A stretch of DNA of 64,000 nt, taken from the human T2T-CHM13v2.0 reference genome, Homo sapiens. Location: NCBI RefSeq assembly GCF_009914755.1, contig NC_060940.1; one strand, written 5' to 3'. The position numbers were made by a program, and so were the translations under genes. The notes under the pieces are model-generated. The model searched no databases. It saw only the letters and a list, made by a program, of their open reading frames with translations, and had not been told where the DNA came from. This document shows, one piece after another, positions 25,746-39,130 of this stretch; the first letter of the stretch is position 1, and every line of letters begins with the position of its first letter.

Positions 25746-26540
25746 TATCGAGACAGGTAGGATTGCCGGTTTCCTGTTTTGATGTGGTTTAGCAAAAAAG
25801 AACAAAAGCCCCTTACTCAAGCTGTAGCTTACCTAACTTTCATCAGCAACAAAAGACCCAAGAAAGGAGATCAAGACCATCCTGGCTAACATGGTGAAAC
25901 CTCGTCTCTACTGAAAATACAAAAAAAAAAAAAAAAAAAAAATTAGCCGGGCGTGGTGGCGAGCACCTGTAGTCCCAGCTACTTGGGAGTCTGAGGCAGA
26001 GAATGGCAGGAACCCGGGAGACGGAGCTTGCAGTGAGATGAGATTGTGCCACTGCACTCCAGCCTGGATGACAGAGCGAGACTCCATCTCAAAAAAAAAA
26101 AGACCCAACAAGCTATGAACCACAAGATCCTGCTTTCGGGGCCTATGGACTTCCCTGGGGCCCGCATGTGCGGTTAGACTTAAACTTCAACTTGTAATTA
26201 CCCCACCCTCATTTTAATGATAAAACTCACATGAAGGGGTGGAGATGTAAAATGCTAATGTCACATGTGATGTATGAAGAAGCATGTAAAGCCACTGTGC
26301 AGGTGCTAGAGAAAGCCTCCTACGCATGCCCTGACAAAACCTTCCCTACAGAAAGGCCCTATAAAACTCACCCATATACTACCCTCGGGGAAAAACTCAC
26401 CCTTTCCCTTTTGCGGTACTGACTCCCCTTGTGCACAAGCTAAAATAAAGCTTTCTCTTTCTCTTTGCTGCTCTGTCTGGTGACCTCCCTTGATTTCTAT
26501 CCTGGAAGACTGCAAGGACCCCTGCAGGATGCTGATGACA
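25746..26540 (+). mobile_element. ERV1 (MER4-group-like) solo LTR interrupted by AluY
   Basis: U3-like body, TATA-like cctataaaa (~26358), aataaa (~26444), ends …tgaca; exact family not certain. Confidence 0.65.
25865..26100 (+). mobile_element. 5'-truncated AluY with TSD
   Basis: gagatcaagaccatcctggctaac…gagaatggc…ggagcttgcagtgag; TSD aaaagacccaa(g/c)aa at 25851-25864 and 26098-26111. Confidence 0.93.
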
Positions 26541-26889
26541 CTATATAATGAGAGGAAATTTTGTTTATTTCAAGTCCAGATACCTAGCTTTCCAACACAC
26601 ACCTTTCTTTTAGAAACTCATATTGAAGAATAGCTTTAAAAATACCCAACGTTGTGAGGTGGTCTTTTCCTTGAGCCATAAAAGAGACTTCTCTTAACTT
26701 TTTCTTCCCAGTTTTACTGAAGAAGACGACGGATTGAATTGACAGGATTCTGAGTCTGAGATTGACTGAATTCTCCTTTGCTCTGCTGGCCAGAAGGAGA
26801 GCTGGCTATTTGGTGGGGATTTTAGGAGCTAAGTGACATGGCAGACTTTACCCAAGTATAGGAGTTCAGAGACAAGACTGGTGGATATG

Positions 26890-27445
26890 TTAATTATGAC
26901 TCTTTTGATTGAAACAATAGAAACCTAAATGAAGTTAGCTTAAGCAAAAAAAAAAAAAAAAAAAAGAAAAAAAGACATTTACTGACTCATGTACCTTGAT
27001 AGTCCATGGTGGAACAAGTGTCAAGAGTGGTGATATCCAAGGCTGAAAATGAACTGAAAGGGAATTGGGTACCTGTTTCTCTCCATCTCTTGGCTCTACT
27101 TTCCCTGTGTTGATTGCATTCTATAGTGAATTCTCCCCAAAGAGATGCAGGAAAGACCATGGGAAGCTTCAGGCTTACACTCTGTCTCCTTAGCAACCCC
27201 AGCAAACAGACAGCACTTCTTTCCCAATTCCAGCCACAGCCCCAAATTTGTTTCGATTAAGTTGGAATGGATCCCATGCCTTTCACTGAACCAGTCAGTA
27301 TCATGGGCTTGCCTATGCCTGGGTCATGTGAATAGGCCTGGCTCCATCTGAGCATGTGGATGGAGAGCAAAAATGATACAAGGGTTCTATTACAAGGTAA
27401 AAAGGAAATGGATGATGGGCAGGCAATAACCAATAGATCTACACC
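26890..27445 (-). mobile_element. MLT1K-like MaLR LTR with an expanded A tract
   Basis: gactctttt…agaaacc…agcttaagcaaaaa…atttactgactcatgta…ctgggtcatgtg. Confidence 0.6.
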
Positions 27446-27639
27446 AGCAGGGGCCAGGGACAATGCAAGAAAGTCCTTCAAGTGTCTATCTAGGGAGTTG
27501 GGAGAATAGAGACAAGACGTAACAGGTTCAAGCAGGTAAGCAGGGGGACCTCAACGTATATTAGTTACCATCCAGTACTGAGCCTGCCTGGGGAGTCCAA
27601 AGCCATCTTAAAGGTCAGGGTAAAAAGGAACCAGAAACT

Positions 27640-28010
27640 AGAGAATAAAGTGCAGTCTTTAGGATCAAACAGTGCTGGATTCAAATCCAATACCACTGCT
27701 TCCTCACTGTTGGACTCAGGAAATCTCCTTTATCTTGTAAGCTACATTTTCCCCAATTGTAAAGTGGAGATTTCTACGTAAATACAAAACAGAGGTATAA
27801 AAACATGTAGTGCCTGGCCCACATGGACCCTCAGCTATTATGGTGATTTGCCTTTCCAATCACACCATTTATCACAATGTGTCTAAACTGTATATTTATA
27901 CATGTATGCCCCTCATTCTATTGTGAGTACTTTAAAAGCTGTAGATAATTCATCTCTTTCTTGTTCATACTTAAAACATAGTACATGTTCAAGAAATATG
28001 AATTAGATCA
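27640..28010 (+). mobile_element. MIR followed by an L2 3' relic
   Basis: ctggattcaaatcc…ttccccaattgtaaagtgg…gtgcctggc. Confidence 0.55.
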
Positions 28011-28695
28011 ACAAATTTTGCTCATTGGAGGTCTGGCTCAGCATGAATTCAGTGAGTGGCTAATGATAGAAATGACACAGAGAACACAATTCCTTGAGAA
28101 ATTCCATCTTAATCTTGACCAGAGTGTCATATCTTCACAGTAATCCAAATCTAAATCCTACCCTGAACACACCTAAATGCCAAGTCCCTGAGGGCATTAA
28201 CCAGTCCTTGAGGTGTACATACAGACAGGTCAGCTAATAGTGAAACCAGGGAGGGTATAGATGTGAGTAACAGCATAAGCGGTACTTTATGAGCACACAT
28301 ATAGAGAGGAGGACTATGTAAATTTAGCATGGCAAGATTTTAATAAATGAGGCCACTGGGATGTGTGGGCTTTATATATCATGCCCCGTATTTATATTCC
28401 TGTCAACTTTCTTCACTGAAGCACTATATTTATTACAGTCCATTTCACCATTTCTCACGAGATAGATGCTGTATCATGTCAAACAAAAATAAGTGAGGTG
28501 GGGGTGGGTCTGAAATAATGAAAAGACTAGCAGAATATTTGGAGCAGAGGGCATGGAGGTGATTTGTGCTTGGCAAAACCATTCTCCTATTTCGCTCGAG
28601 CAAGTAAAAAAAATGTGAGGCTGGGAGTCCTGCTCTGTGTTGCTAGAAAAGTCACTCCAACCCCCACCTTCCAGTGTGGACCCAGAAAATGAGGG

Positions 28696-29200
28696 TGTAG
28701 TTTAATGTGTCAACTTGACCACTTTAAGGAATATCCAGATAACTAGTAGAACATTATTTCTGGGTGTGTCTGTGAGGTTACATTTGAATCAGTGGATAGA
28801 GTGAAGGAGATCACCCTTATTAATGTGGATAGGCCTTATCCCATCTGTGGAGGGCCCAATAAAACAAACAGGTAGAAGAAAGGCAAATTCACTCTCTCTT
28901 TTGGAGCTGGGGGATCCATCTTCTTTTGCTTTTGGACATCAGAGCTTTTGGTCCACAGGTTTTCAGACTCCAAGACTTACACCAGTGGGCTCCTAGGTTC
29001 TCAGGCCTTTGAAATTAGACTGAATTATACCATCAGCTTGCCTGGTTCTCCAGTTTGCAGATGGCAGATCGTGGAACTTCTTGGACTCCATAATTGTGTG
29101 AACCAATCCCATAATAAATTCTTGCTTATGTATCTGTCTATAAGATACATATTTATTATATATCCATTGGTTCTGTTTCTCTGGAGAGCCCTGACTAATG
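28696..29200 (+). mobile_element. MLT2 (ERVL) solo LTR
   Basis: ttaatgtgtcaacttgac…acattatttctgggtgtgtctgtgagg…ttggttctgtttctctggagagccctgactaat. Confidence 0.9.
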
Positions 29201-29559
29201 TGCCCTCTGATAAGCTGAGAAAATTAAGGGTGCTCTCACTCCCCAACATGCTTACAACATTTTGCACCCAATTTCAGGACATTCCTGAAGCCCGGCTGGT
29301 CCAGCTTGAATCAGGTTATTGTCCTCCATACCATCAACTGTGGCCAACAGGCAAAGTCAAATTATAACTTGGTTTCTCTGATTATGGCCATATTAAGACG
29401 GTGGAGATTGGAGTGATGGTGGAAAAGTTTTTAGGATTAAAAGAAAGGGCTTTTGCTGGGAGGATAATACCCTAGGCATCAAATGTAAAGTGGTTTTGGT
29501 CAATGTCATTCTTCACCTATTACTCTCTCTCTTTTCCTGGCTCTTAAAAACGTCTTCTT

Positions 29560-29923
29560 ATCATGGCTTCCAAGGTGTGTTGTGATTTGACCTCCCCATC
29601 AACTTCTGCACCAATACAGATATTGCCTGTCCCACTGCTCAATTTGTTCTCTTAAGTTCTAAACGACCTGCAGGTCCCTAGACTTGTCATTGTCTCTCAA
29701 GCCTCTGGGCCTTCGTACATTATTGTCTCCCAGCCAAAAACACCTTTCTTCCTATCTTAACCTGCTGATTCTCAAAATAGCTAATGGATTGTCTCATTCA
29801 GAAAGCTTTCCCTGATCTTCCTCCCCCATCTCGACTTTCTCTACCAAGATGAGAAGTTGTTAGCTTTTCCTAAAGCATCTTGCATCTTGCTCATATTCTG
29901 TCTCTCCTCTCTCCTCTCTCTCT

Positions 29924-29961
<38 letters not shown>

Positions 29962-30115
29962 GTACCTCCTTTGCATTGTAATTGCCTGTCTACTTGTCTG
30001 TCCTTCCTATTAGACTGTGAGCTTTTTGAGGTCAAAGACTATCTTATATCTCTGTATCTTCGACACCTAACCCAGTACTCAACACATAAGAGCTCAATAA
30101 TTGTTAGATGAAGGA
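29560..30115 (+). mobile_element. L2 3' region
   Basis: ctattagactgtgagctttttgagg…gagctcaataattgttagatgaa. Confidence 0.7.
29927..29960 (+). repeat. (CA)n microsatellite
   Basis: About 17 perfect units. Confidence 0.95.
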
Positions 30116-31214
30116 AAGGTCTCCAGAGCTGAGCCCTTCACAGATCACAGGGGAAGGTTTGAAATGAGAATTCAGAAGTAGGCACCTAATGATGCAGGAA
30201 TTATAGCCTTGTAATATTTAGTGGAAAATTTTCAACAAGAGCTTCTTTGGTTTCTAATTAGGGGAATTATGTTAATGAACCACCTTGCAAAATCCCTGAT
30301 AATCATGTTCCAAATTTACCCCACTGGGTCTCATTTAGATGTAAAGGATAACAGAAACTCTCTGGTAATGAAGATAATTTCTGGCCTCAATTAGCACGTG
30401 CTGCCCTTATTGCACCCTGAGGATCTCCTATCAGCTGGACACAAAGAGCCAAGTCAGCAAACTGCAGCCTTGGGGCTTTTCCAAGTTCACTGTTACCTTC
30501 CATTGCACATTGGCTAAGTCTTCCCACTCAGCCTCACTATGTATTTAGCAATCATCTTTATGGTACTGACATTAAAGTCAAATATTGATTCTTTGACTCC
30601 ATCTCAACAAATGTTCACTGAGTGATCCTATTGTCTGGGAAGATAGGAATAGAGTCATATAGAGTTGTCAGACATGGGCTTTGGCCTGCAAGGAGTTGGC
30701 ACATGAAATATTAGCCAGAAATGAATGATGATAGGTACTGATGTTCAAATTTATTTATTCATTCTGTCTGTCTGTCATATAGGAGGCATCTATGTTAATC
30801 TGTTTAGTTTTAGTAAAATGTTCCTATTGTCTCCCAACCACGGTTGCTTAATTCAAAGTGGTCATTGTACCTTCTCGGGAAATGATGAAGAGGGCCAGTC
30901 TCTCTCTCCAAGTGTGGCATTGTAAGATGTATAACTCAGGAGCTGTCACACTGAGAAAGAAGTGACAGATAAAAAGAAGCTAAGATGAAGATGGAGGGAG
31001 AGTCTGTCCTAGTTCTCCTTGTTCTTGAGGCCAGAGTGTCTCTGCCCCTTATGAGGTCTGATTGTTAACCATGTTTTAGGGACTATGTGAAGCAATAAAT
31101 TGCCTAACTTTGTTCAAGGTGGTGATAATTTTTTCCTACTATTCTTTCTTCTTTGCTTTAATATACACCCGAGTTTTAGCTGTCTACATGGCTGCCCAAT
31201 ATAAAGTTTATATT

Positions 31215-31327
31215 TCTTTTCTTTTTTGTTGTTGTTTTTTTGAGATGAAGTCTCACTCTGTCACCCAGGCTGGAGTGCAGTGGCGTGATCTTGGCTCACT
31301 GCAACCTCTGCTTCCCAGGTTCAAGCA
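31215..31327 (-). mobile_element. Alu 3' fragment
   Basis: tttgagatgaagtctcactctg…gcttcccaggttcaagca. Confidence 0.88.
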
Positions 31328-31368
31328 AGAGACAGAGAGAGAGACAGAGAGACAGAGAGAGACAGAGA
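31328..31368 (+). repeat. (GAGACA/GA)n simple repeat between two Alus
   Basis: Direct read. Confidence 0.85.
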
Positions 31369-31370
31369 GG

Positions 31371-31672
31371 GTTTTTTGTTTTTGTTTTCTTTTGAGACGA
31401 AGTCTTGTTCTGTCGCCCAGGCTGGAGTGCAGTGGCACAATCTCAGCTCACTGCAACCTCCGCCTCTTGGGTTCAAGCGAATGTCCTGCCCAGCCTCCCA
31501 GGTAGCTGAGACTACAGGCGCACAGGCCACGCCCGGCTAATTTTTGTACTTTTAATACAGCCAGGGTTTCACCATGTTGGCCAGGTGGGTCTCAAACTCC
31601 TGACCTCAGGTGATCCGCCCACCTCAGCCTCTCAAAGTGCTGGGATTGTAGGCATGAGCCACCGAGCCCAGC
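31371..31672 (-). mobile_element. AluSx-like
   Basis: Full dimer in reverse complement. Confidence 0.93.
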
Positions 31673-31699
31673 AGAATATATGCATATTAATTAATTACA

Positions 31700-32280
31700 A
31701 AAAGCTTTGTAATTACAATTGTGATAAATGTGATGAAGGAGTGAGTGCTCTGAGAACAAATATCCAAAGAAGCTGACTAACTCTGGACATAAAGTTTCGT
31801 TCAGTGAGAAGGCATTTGTTAAGCAAAGACAGTGGGCTAGGAGAGGAAACAGCCTATTGCAAAAGGCCTCAAGAAGAGAAAGAACTTCTTCAACTTCAAG
31901 GCAGTTGAAGGAACAAAATCTAGGCATAAATATAAGGCTGGTGAGGGAGGGAAGAAAGTGGCCCAAGGTGATGTTGGAGGAGTTGGCAGAGTCCAGATGA
32001 TGCGGGGCCACTTAAGTCAATGTTAGGTTTGGGCTTTATCATAAGAGCAGTGGGAAGCCATGGGAGGATACTGGGCATGATCATCTGTACATTTTAAAAA
32101 TGCGACTCCAAATGTAGGGAAAAAAATAAATCGGGGTGGGGGGTGGTCAAGAGAGGATGTGGGGAAAACGGGAGATGCTGTGGCAGTGGGTCTGTCAAGA
32201 GATGGTCATGCCTTAGATTACGGTGGAAGTGGGGTACCTTAGCCTGAAGGGCTCAGGATTTTTTTCAGAGGTGTCAGATC
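31700..32280 (-). mobile_element. L2 fragment
   Basis: tgataaatgtgatgaagga…gcagtgggaagccatgggagg…agagatggtcatgccttaga. Confidence 0.65.
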
Positions 32281-32319
32281 CAAAGCTGTGCCTTTAATCC
32301 TTCTATGTTTGTCGTTGTC

Positions 32320-32830
32320 TGCCCCAACCCCCACCCCAGCATCCACTCGCTCCTCCCTTGCCCACCCCTGGTTTCAACAGCTTCCGCTCCCTGACCCAGC
32401 CAAGAGTCTCCAGGAAGCTAGACCCACCCCCCGTACAAGGAGCAAATTTGATTGGTCTGGGTCTGTTCTCACTCCCCAATCAAAAAACGGTTCCCAAGGA
32501 GCATGTGACCCCCCCCCCAATGTAGCCAATAGGATGTTATGGGAAATCTGCAAGGGACTTGTGGTAAAAGCTTAGGGCTCCTGAAGGAGAGTGAGAGGAA
32601 GTGATTTTTCTTATCCCCACACGTCTGTCATCTGAAAGTAAAGTAATACAAAACTGAGGATGACACCAGCCATAAGGATGACTGAGGGGAGAATAAAAAA
32701 GAACTTGGGTCCTTCATAGCAGCCCGCTTTCACTGGGACAAACTAGATGAGATGACACGTTTCCCAGTTGTTGAAGACAGTTTAAGTTCTGAATTATGTT
32801 AGCCACAGCTGAAGTAGTCATAACTGACAC
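32320..32830 (+). mobile_element. Old MLT1-type MaLR LTR (likely donor of the 38.3-kb copy)
   Basis: tgattggtct…gcatgtgaccc…agccaatagga…aagaacttgggtcctt…cagctgaag…taactgacac. Confidence 0.55.
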
Positions 32831-33388
32831 GTTCCCAAACATACACCAAGAAAAGCAACTGGGCACCCCCGGGGCTTTTCTTGGCCAAAGACCTGGATTC
32901 TTGCACCCAGGGCATTCGTTTTGCCTGCTCAGCTTGTCTGGAGGAGAGATGAAATAGAGAAAAGAGCTAAGAAAGATACAGATTTGATAAATATTTGGTC
33001 TCTTTCTTCTTCCCCTACGGAAGCCTTGGATTTTCTCAAGGTCTCAGAATGCTCGGAGCTGAGCTGTGTTCAGAGACTTCTGGAGACTTAGGCAATCTCA
33101 GTGCTCCAGCCTCATGGGGATCCCCTTGTGGATCATTTGTTTATTATTAATTTAGCAACTGTTTTTGAGCATCCTTATGGGAAGTACAAATACATAGTCT
33201 TCCTGCTGATGTGTTTTGTTTCCTTACCTACAGCAGGCATCGCTAATCAATCGTTCTCTAAGTCCTGAGGATCCAGACTCAGTACTTTCAACCCCATCCT
33301 CCAGGCATTACCAATTGATCTGAGTTGAGTTTGGTGAAATCAACATGGCCCTCTTGACTACTACATGCCTAACCTTGTGCAAAGCACT

Positions 33389-33839
33389 TGCTTTAGTTTC
33401 CTGTGATTTCTGTAACAAATTGCCACAAACTGGGTGACTTAAAACAATGGAAATTTATTTTCTCACAGTGGTGGAGGCTAGAAGTCTGAAATGAAGGTGT
33501 CAGCAGGGCTTCATTCCCTCTGGAGGCTCCAGGGGTGAGACCATTCTTTGTTTCTTTCTGGTTATAGTATTTGCTGGCATTCCTTGACTTGTGACTACAT
33601 CACATGATGTCCTCTTCTGTGTCTCTCTCCTCTGTGTGTCTACCTTATAAGGATACATGTGATTGTATTTAGAGCCCACCCAGATAATCCAGGATTAACT
33701 TCTCCTCTAAAGATCCTTAACTTCATCACATATTTTGCACATATGAAAAATTACCTCATTACATATGAGGTAATGTCCACAGATTCTGGGAATTAGGACA
33801 TGAACATATCTTTTGGGGAGCCACTGTTCAGCCATTATA
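33389..33839 (-). mobile_element. MLT1C-like MaLR solo LTR
   Basis: ctgtaacaaattgccacaaactgggtgacttaaaacaa…ataaggatac…gataatccagga…gccactgttcagcc. Confidence 0.88.
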
Positions 33840-34088
33840 GCACTAGAGATACAAAGGTGAATAAGAAATGACCTGTTTGTAAAGAGTTTGTGGACTGATG
33901 GGCAACTGGCAACCACAAGACTGTGCTAAGAAAGAGGAAGATAAAAGTAATGTGGAAGCACCAAGGTACAACACTTATCCTATCCTTGGTGGGTGGCAGG
34001 TGGTCATGAAAGGCTTCCCGAAAGAGTCGGCAGCTTTGTTATAGTAGTTTACCCTTCATATTGTTTGCGTATTTATAAAGCTTAGTAT

Positions 34089-34401
<313 letters not shown>

Positions 34402-34459
34402 TAATATCCTCTAAGCAACCAATGAACATTTGACTTCCACTGTTGTGATTTGAAGATAA

Positions 34460-34916
34460 TGTCCTAGTCCTTGGGGGCTATGATAATAATACCCTAGAAT
34501 TGGTGGCTTATAAACAAATGAAATTTATTTCTCACAGTTCTCTGGAGGCTGGGAATTCCAAGATCAGGGCACCAGCTGATTTGGTGTCTGTTAAGGGCCT
34601 ACTTTCTGGTTCATAGATGAAGATCCTCTCATTGTAACCTCACATGACAGAAGAGGCAAGGGAGTACTCTAAGGGGACTTTTAGAAGGGCACTAATCTTA
34701 TTCAGTCATAATTTTAAAAAATGTGATTCCAGATGTCAATAAAGATTGGACTGGGGGAGAAGGGTCAAGAGAGTTTGTGGGGAAAACAGAAGAGACTATG
34801 GCTCTGCCCTTAGGACTTAATCTCTTCCCAGAGGCCCTACATACTAATACCATCTCCTTGGGGGTTAGGATTTCAACATACGAATTTTGGGGGGACATAA
34901 ACATTCATACTATACA
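34460..34916 (-). mobile_element. MLT1A/MLT1A0 solo LTR with a ~95-bp insert
   Basis: ggtggcttataaacaa…aagggcactaatc…[insert]…ttaggatttcaacatacgaattttggggggaca. Confidence 0.85.
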
Positions 34917-35439
34917 AGATATTATAGCAGCACTTAATGAGCAAATATAAATATACTCCCCTCCCACAATTAAAGGAGTAGGCTAGTTACTGAGGCCAAG
35001 AGAATATGCTTGCTGTTCAGAAATGCTGAGCTTTGCAGAAGGCAGCTAAAGTCCTTGTTACAAACCCTTTCTGACATGAGTTTCATGTGCCTGGCTCTGT
35101 TTCTGCATAGCTATCTAAGCATCATTCCCTGCACAGAGGCTTGCTGATGCCTGCCTTGGTCCAAGTGCCATGGACTTGACGTCAGCTCCCTCATCACCTA
35201 CAGAACATGTGGAGCAAGCAAAGGCAGAGGTGAGGTCTACACACCCCCAAAGATGTAGGAAAAAGATGAATTGGAAGAGAGCAAGAGAAAGTGACTCAAA
35301 ACAGAAGAGGCGGTCAAAGGTGATAAAGCAATGAAAAGGAAGAAAGAAAAGAGAATTGGCATTCGATGGAAAGTTGCAAAGAGAAGTCTTGAATACTGTG
35401 GCCTCATTTGTCTTTTGGAGATGCTTACTTGAGGAGATA

Positions 35440-35960
35440 TATCAGTCAGGACTCTTTGGGAAATAAAACAATCGCTTTTCAAACAGGGTGAAGCAGAAAG
35501 GGAGAATTTATTGGCCCCTGTAAATGAAAGGTCCAAGTTTTCCCTTCAGGCCTGCCTAGATTCAGGGATCTAAATAATGTCATTTAGATGTAAATCTAAT
35601 CCTTCCCTTCCTCTCTGGGATATGATTTTCTTCTGTGTTGCTTTATTCTGGTGGGCCTCTGCAGATCCAAATTTATAATCTCTCAGTTTAGCAACCTCAA
35701 TCAGAAGAAAAGCATTTCTTGCCCAGCATTTCAATCAAAAGCCTCAAGTCTGAAACTTATTGGTCCAATATGGGTTACGTGCCCAGATCTGAAACTTGAG
35801 GATGTCGTGGAGATGTAGTATTGTCCTTGGCCATATCTGGGGAAAGTGGATGTCAGTTAAAAGTGAACCTCTCCTCTTTATACCTCCCTCCACCCCCAAA
35901 CCATCTAAAAGTGGTAGAACCATGGTTCTTCAAGGAAAAAAAATAAAGAACTATTTATTG
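35440..35960 (-). mobile_element. MLT1K-like LTR relic
   Basis: tcagtcaggactcttt…gaatttattggc…ttattggtcc…gggttacgtgccca. Confidence 0.5.
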
Positions 35961-36049
35961 CCAGGAAGGGAAAGAGGTACCAGTAATGCAAACAAGCAAA
36001 CAAACCAACAAAAACAAACAAAAAACTGGTATCTAAACAAAAAGCAATA

Positions 36050-36410
36050 ATAATTGCTAGTATTACTCTAAATCCAATTGAAATGATTATATTAGACTTC
36101 ACAGGTGTTATTTCACTAAATACTCAGAATAGGTGAATGAAATAGACATAAATTGTGCCCATTTTATAGATGGGGAAATTGAGGCTAAGTGAAATGAAAT
36201 TTTTTTCAAGGTCACATGGATTTATATCCGTATCAGTCTGACCTCAGGGCTTGTGTTCCTCCAGAGCACACCTCCTCTCTTGCCAATGACTTACATCTTC
36301 TATCTTTCTGTGCCTCAGTGTCCTCACTTGTAAAATGGACATCATAGTACCTTTCTCATTGGGTTATTGTGAGTGTTAGATGGTAAGTGCTAAATAAACA
36401 TTAGCTATTC
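36050..36410. mobile_element. Two MIR fragments in opposite orientations
   Basis: cccattttatagatggggaaattgaggct and tctgtgcctcagtgtcctcacttgtaaaatgg. Confidence 0.7.
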
Positions 36411-37292
36411 CTATTGGTGGTGGCTGGGCTCCTGAATGTGCCCCCCTGGGAAGCTATTCAGGGAAGCCAGTCTGATAAAGCACCCACAATTGTGTCTCAC
36501 CCTGGTGGTTCCCAAGAGGAATGGGGGATGACTCTTGCAGGCAGATTCCAGGTCTTCTTGTCCTATGCAGGGCTTCCATTATTAAAGGATTCTGTGGAAG
36601 CGATCAGCTCATGGAATTCTGAGAACTCCACCTCTCTGTTCTAAAAGACCCATTGTCCAACTCAGAGGTGGGGCCACTTGGACACTAAGGAATGCCAAAG
36701 AGGCAAGCAGGCCCCCAGTTATCCAGGGAAGTACTGGATTCCATTCCTATTCTCCCAGTCTTCCTTTTCCTTCTTCCTCCTCCTTGCCCACCAGGGAGGC
36801 AGCTGGCTGTGCTAGAGATTGGCATATTCTCTTTGCATCTGGCAAGCTGAAACAGCATACTGATGATGGCCTGCAAATGTGAAATAGATGGGAACTGTTT
36901 TGCACTTCAATGGAATAACAGGTGTTATTTCTCCTTGGACGGTGGAGGATGGAGCTGACATTTCTCTTCTTTTGGGATGTAGGCGAGGTGCCTGTGACAT
37001 TGGTGATTTCTGGGCACTGTTGTGTCCCTACTGTTTGCTTTGCACTTTATTTATGACATCTCATCTAATCCTCTCTACACACAACTCGCTGGGAAAGATA
37101 TGGTTACCCCTAAGTTTATAGATGAAGAACTCAAGGTGCTGCAGAGAGGTGATATATCAGAGCAGGGACTTCAGCACAGATGCATCTGAGGCCAAGAACT
37201 TAGTGTTTCCCATCTCTCCACCTGGGCTTTGAGAAGCCATCCTGAAAGAGAGGACATTTGGCTTTCTCAGAGCCTCAGCTCTGGAACTAGAC

Positions 37293-37504
37293 CAGAGGTT
37301 GGCAAACTCTATCTGTAATTGTCCAGATAGTAAATATTTTAGGTTTTGTGGGCCATAGGGTCTCTATTCCAACTACTCAACTCTGCTGTTGCAGCATGAA
37401 AGTAGCCATAGATGTTAAGTCAACAAATGGTCATGGCAGTGTTTCAATAAACTTCATTTACAAAAACAGTCAGCCGCTGATATGCAATAATTAGTTGATC
37501 CTTG
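37293..37504 (-). mobile_element. MER58A
   Basis: cagaggttggcaaact…ccagatagtaaatattttagg…caactactcaactctgc…caataaac…tttacaaaaacag. Confidence 0.88.
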
Positions 37505-37519
37505 AAGTAAATCAGGGAT

Positions 37520-37720
37520 CCCTGAGTTTGACTCCTGCCTTCTCCCATTACCAGCTATGTGACCTTATTTAACTCCCCTGGTGCTCAGTTTTCTTATCTG
37601 TAAAATGGGAATCATAATACCTCATAATACTCATCATAATTGTAATATCCCATGATATGATTGTGAGAATTAAATGATTTAATGCTTGAAGAGTCAGTGC
37701 TTATAACAGTGTCTGCGACA
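37520..37720 (+). mobile_element. MIR
   Basis: gctatgtgacctt…ctcagttttcttatctgtaaaatggg…ttgtgagaattaaatga. Confidence 0.75.
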
Positions 37721-38719
37721 GTGCCAATTGGCATGATGATGAGCATAATCAGCATCATTTCCAGCATCATTGAAAGGGCCTGGAGCTGTAAGATGGGGAT
37801 AATGGTAAAACCTACTTCACGGAGTTGTTGTGAGAAAGAAGTGAGAAAACGTATGCAAAATGCCAACCTGCCAACCCCCACAGGTGACTCCCCACTCTTA
37901 TCAGCTTGCCTCTGCTAAGTACTTCTACAAGCCTCCTCCTGGTAAAAAGACGACGAGAAAAGACCCAGTCATACGCCCTTACGCGGCCCAAGTTTTCAGT
38001 TGGACAGTCACTGAGCAGAAATTCAGGACTGCATAGAAGAGATGCCTTAAGCCTCAAGTTCAGGAAAGGCAGTCTCCTGGTGGTTTGGAGGGGCTTCCTA
38101 TAGGAGTTGGGCTTAGGGGCCTCAGAGGGTACTGCAGTGACCATTTCCTATGGAGACAGTCACCACTAACTGAGTCTGATTACAACAGACAGGGAGGAAG
38201 CTTTGCCAGCCAGCACTGCCCTACCCCAGAAGGAACCATCCCTACTCCTTACTACAAATCCTCTCCTGGTTTTCCAGCAGATGACATATCCCCTGTGTGA
38301 CATACCCCCACCCCAGCATCCACTCGCTCCTCCCTTGCCCACCCCTGCTTTCAGCAGCTTCCGCTCCCTGACCCAGCCAAGAGTCTCCAAGAAGCTGGAC
38401 CCACCCCCAGTACAAGGAGCAAATCTGATTGGTCTGTGCCTGTTCTCACTCCCCAATCAAAAAATGGTTCACAAGGGGCATGTGACCCCAATGTAGCCAA
38501 TAGGTTGTTAAGGGAAATAATATTTTGAGGAGTTAGTTAACATCATTGTAGGTTAGAAATATTGTAGGTACACCCAGGTGTATGGCTTCCTACTAGCCAG
38601 CCTCCTCGGAGTTTGATGGAAGAAGGCAGGTAGGAAGTGAATTTAGTGTTCTCTGTGACTGGCAGATGTCTGCACACGAGTCTAAACCACATTGGAGGAG
38701 GAAGATTCCAGGCAGAGCC

Positions 38720-39130
38720 TGAGCTTGGTCTCTAGAACCAGAGATTGGAGTTCAAGTCCTGGCTCAGCTGCTGGCCCTCTCTCTGGCTGACTTTGGGCAG
38801 CTCACTCCATTAGCACATCAGTTTCCTCACCTGTAATATATGCAGTCAAACAGGACTCTGGGAGACGGTACATGGAAGACTCCAGCAAGGTGCCTGCCAC
38901 ATAGGATGCTGTTATCATGATGAAGAAGATTGCTGGACCTAAAGGTGTGAGTCAGATGGACCTGTGTTTGGATTTCTTTTGAGCTTGGCCATGCCACTTA
39001 ACCCACCTGAACCTCATAGCCCTCATCTGTAAAATAGGTACAATATTGAAGATAGTAAGATATCTAAGGTGCTTACTTCAAAATCTGGCACACTGTAAGT
39101 AAAATTTATAAATGACAGTCATTGCTATTT
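38720..39130 (+). mobile_element. Two MIR fragments
   Basis: gagttcaagtcctggctc…cagtttcctcacctgtaa; cctcatctgtaaaatagg. Confidence 0.65.

Noticed and set aside
28948-29367. 139-aa ORF
   Set aside because: It lies mostly within the MLT2 LTR and shows no coding signature.
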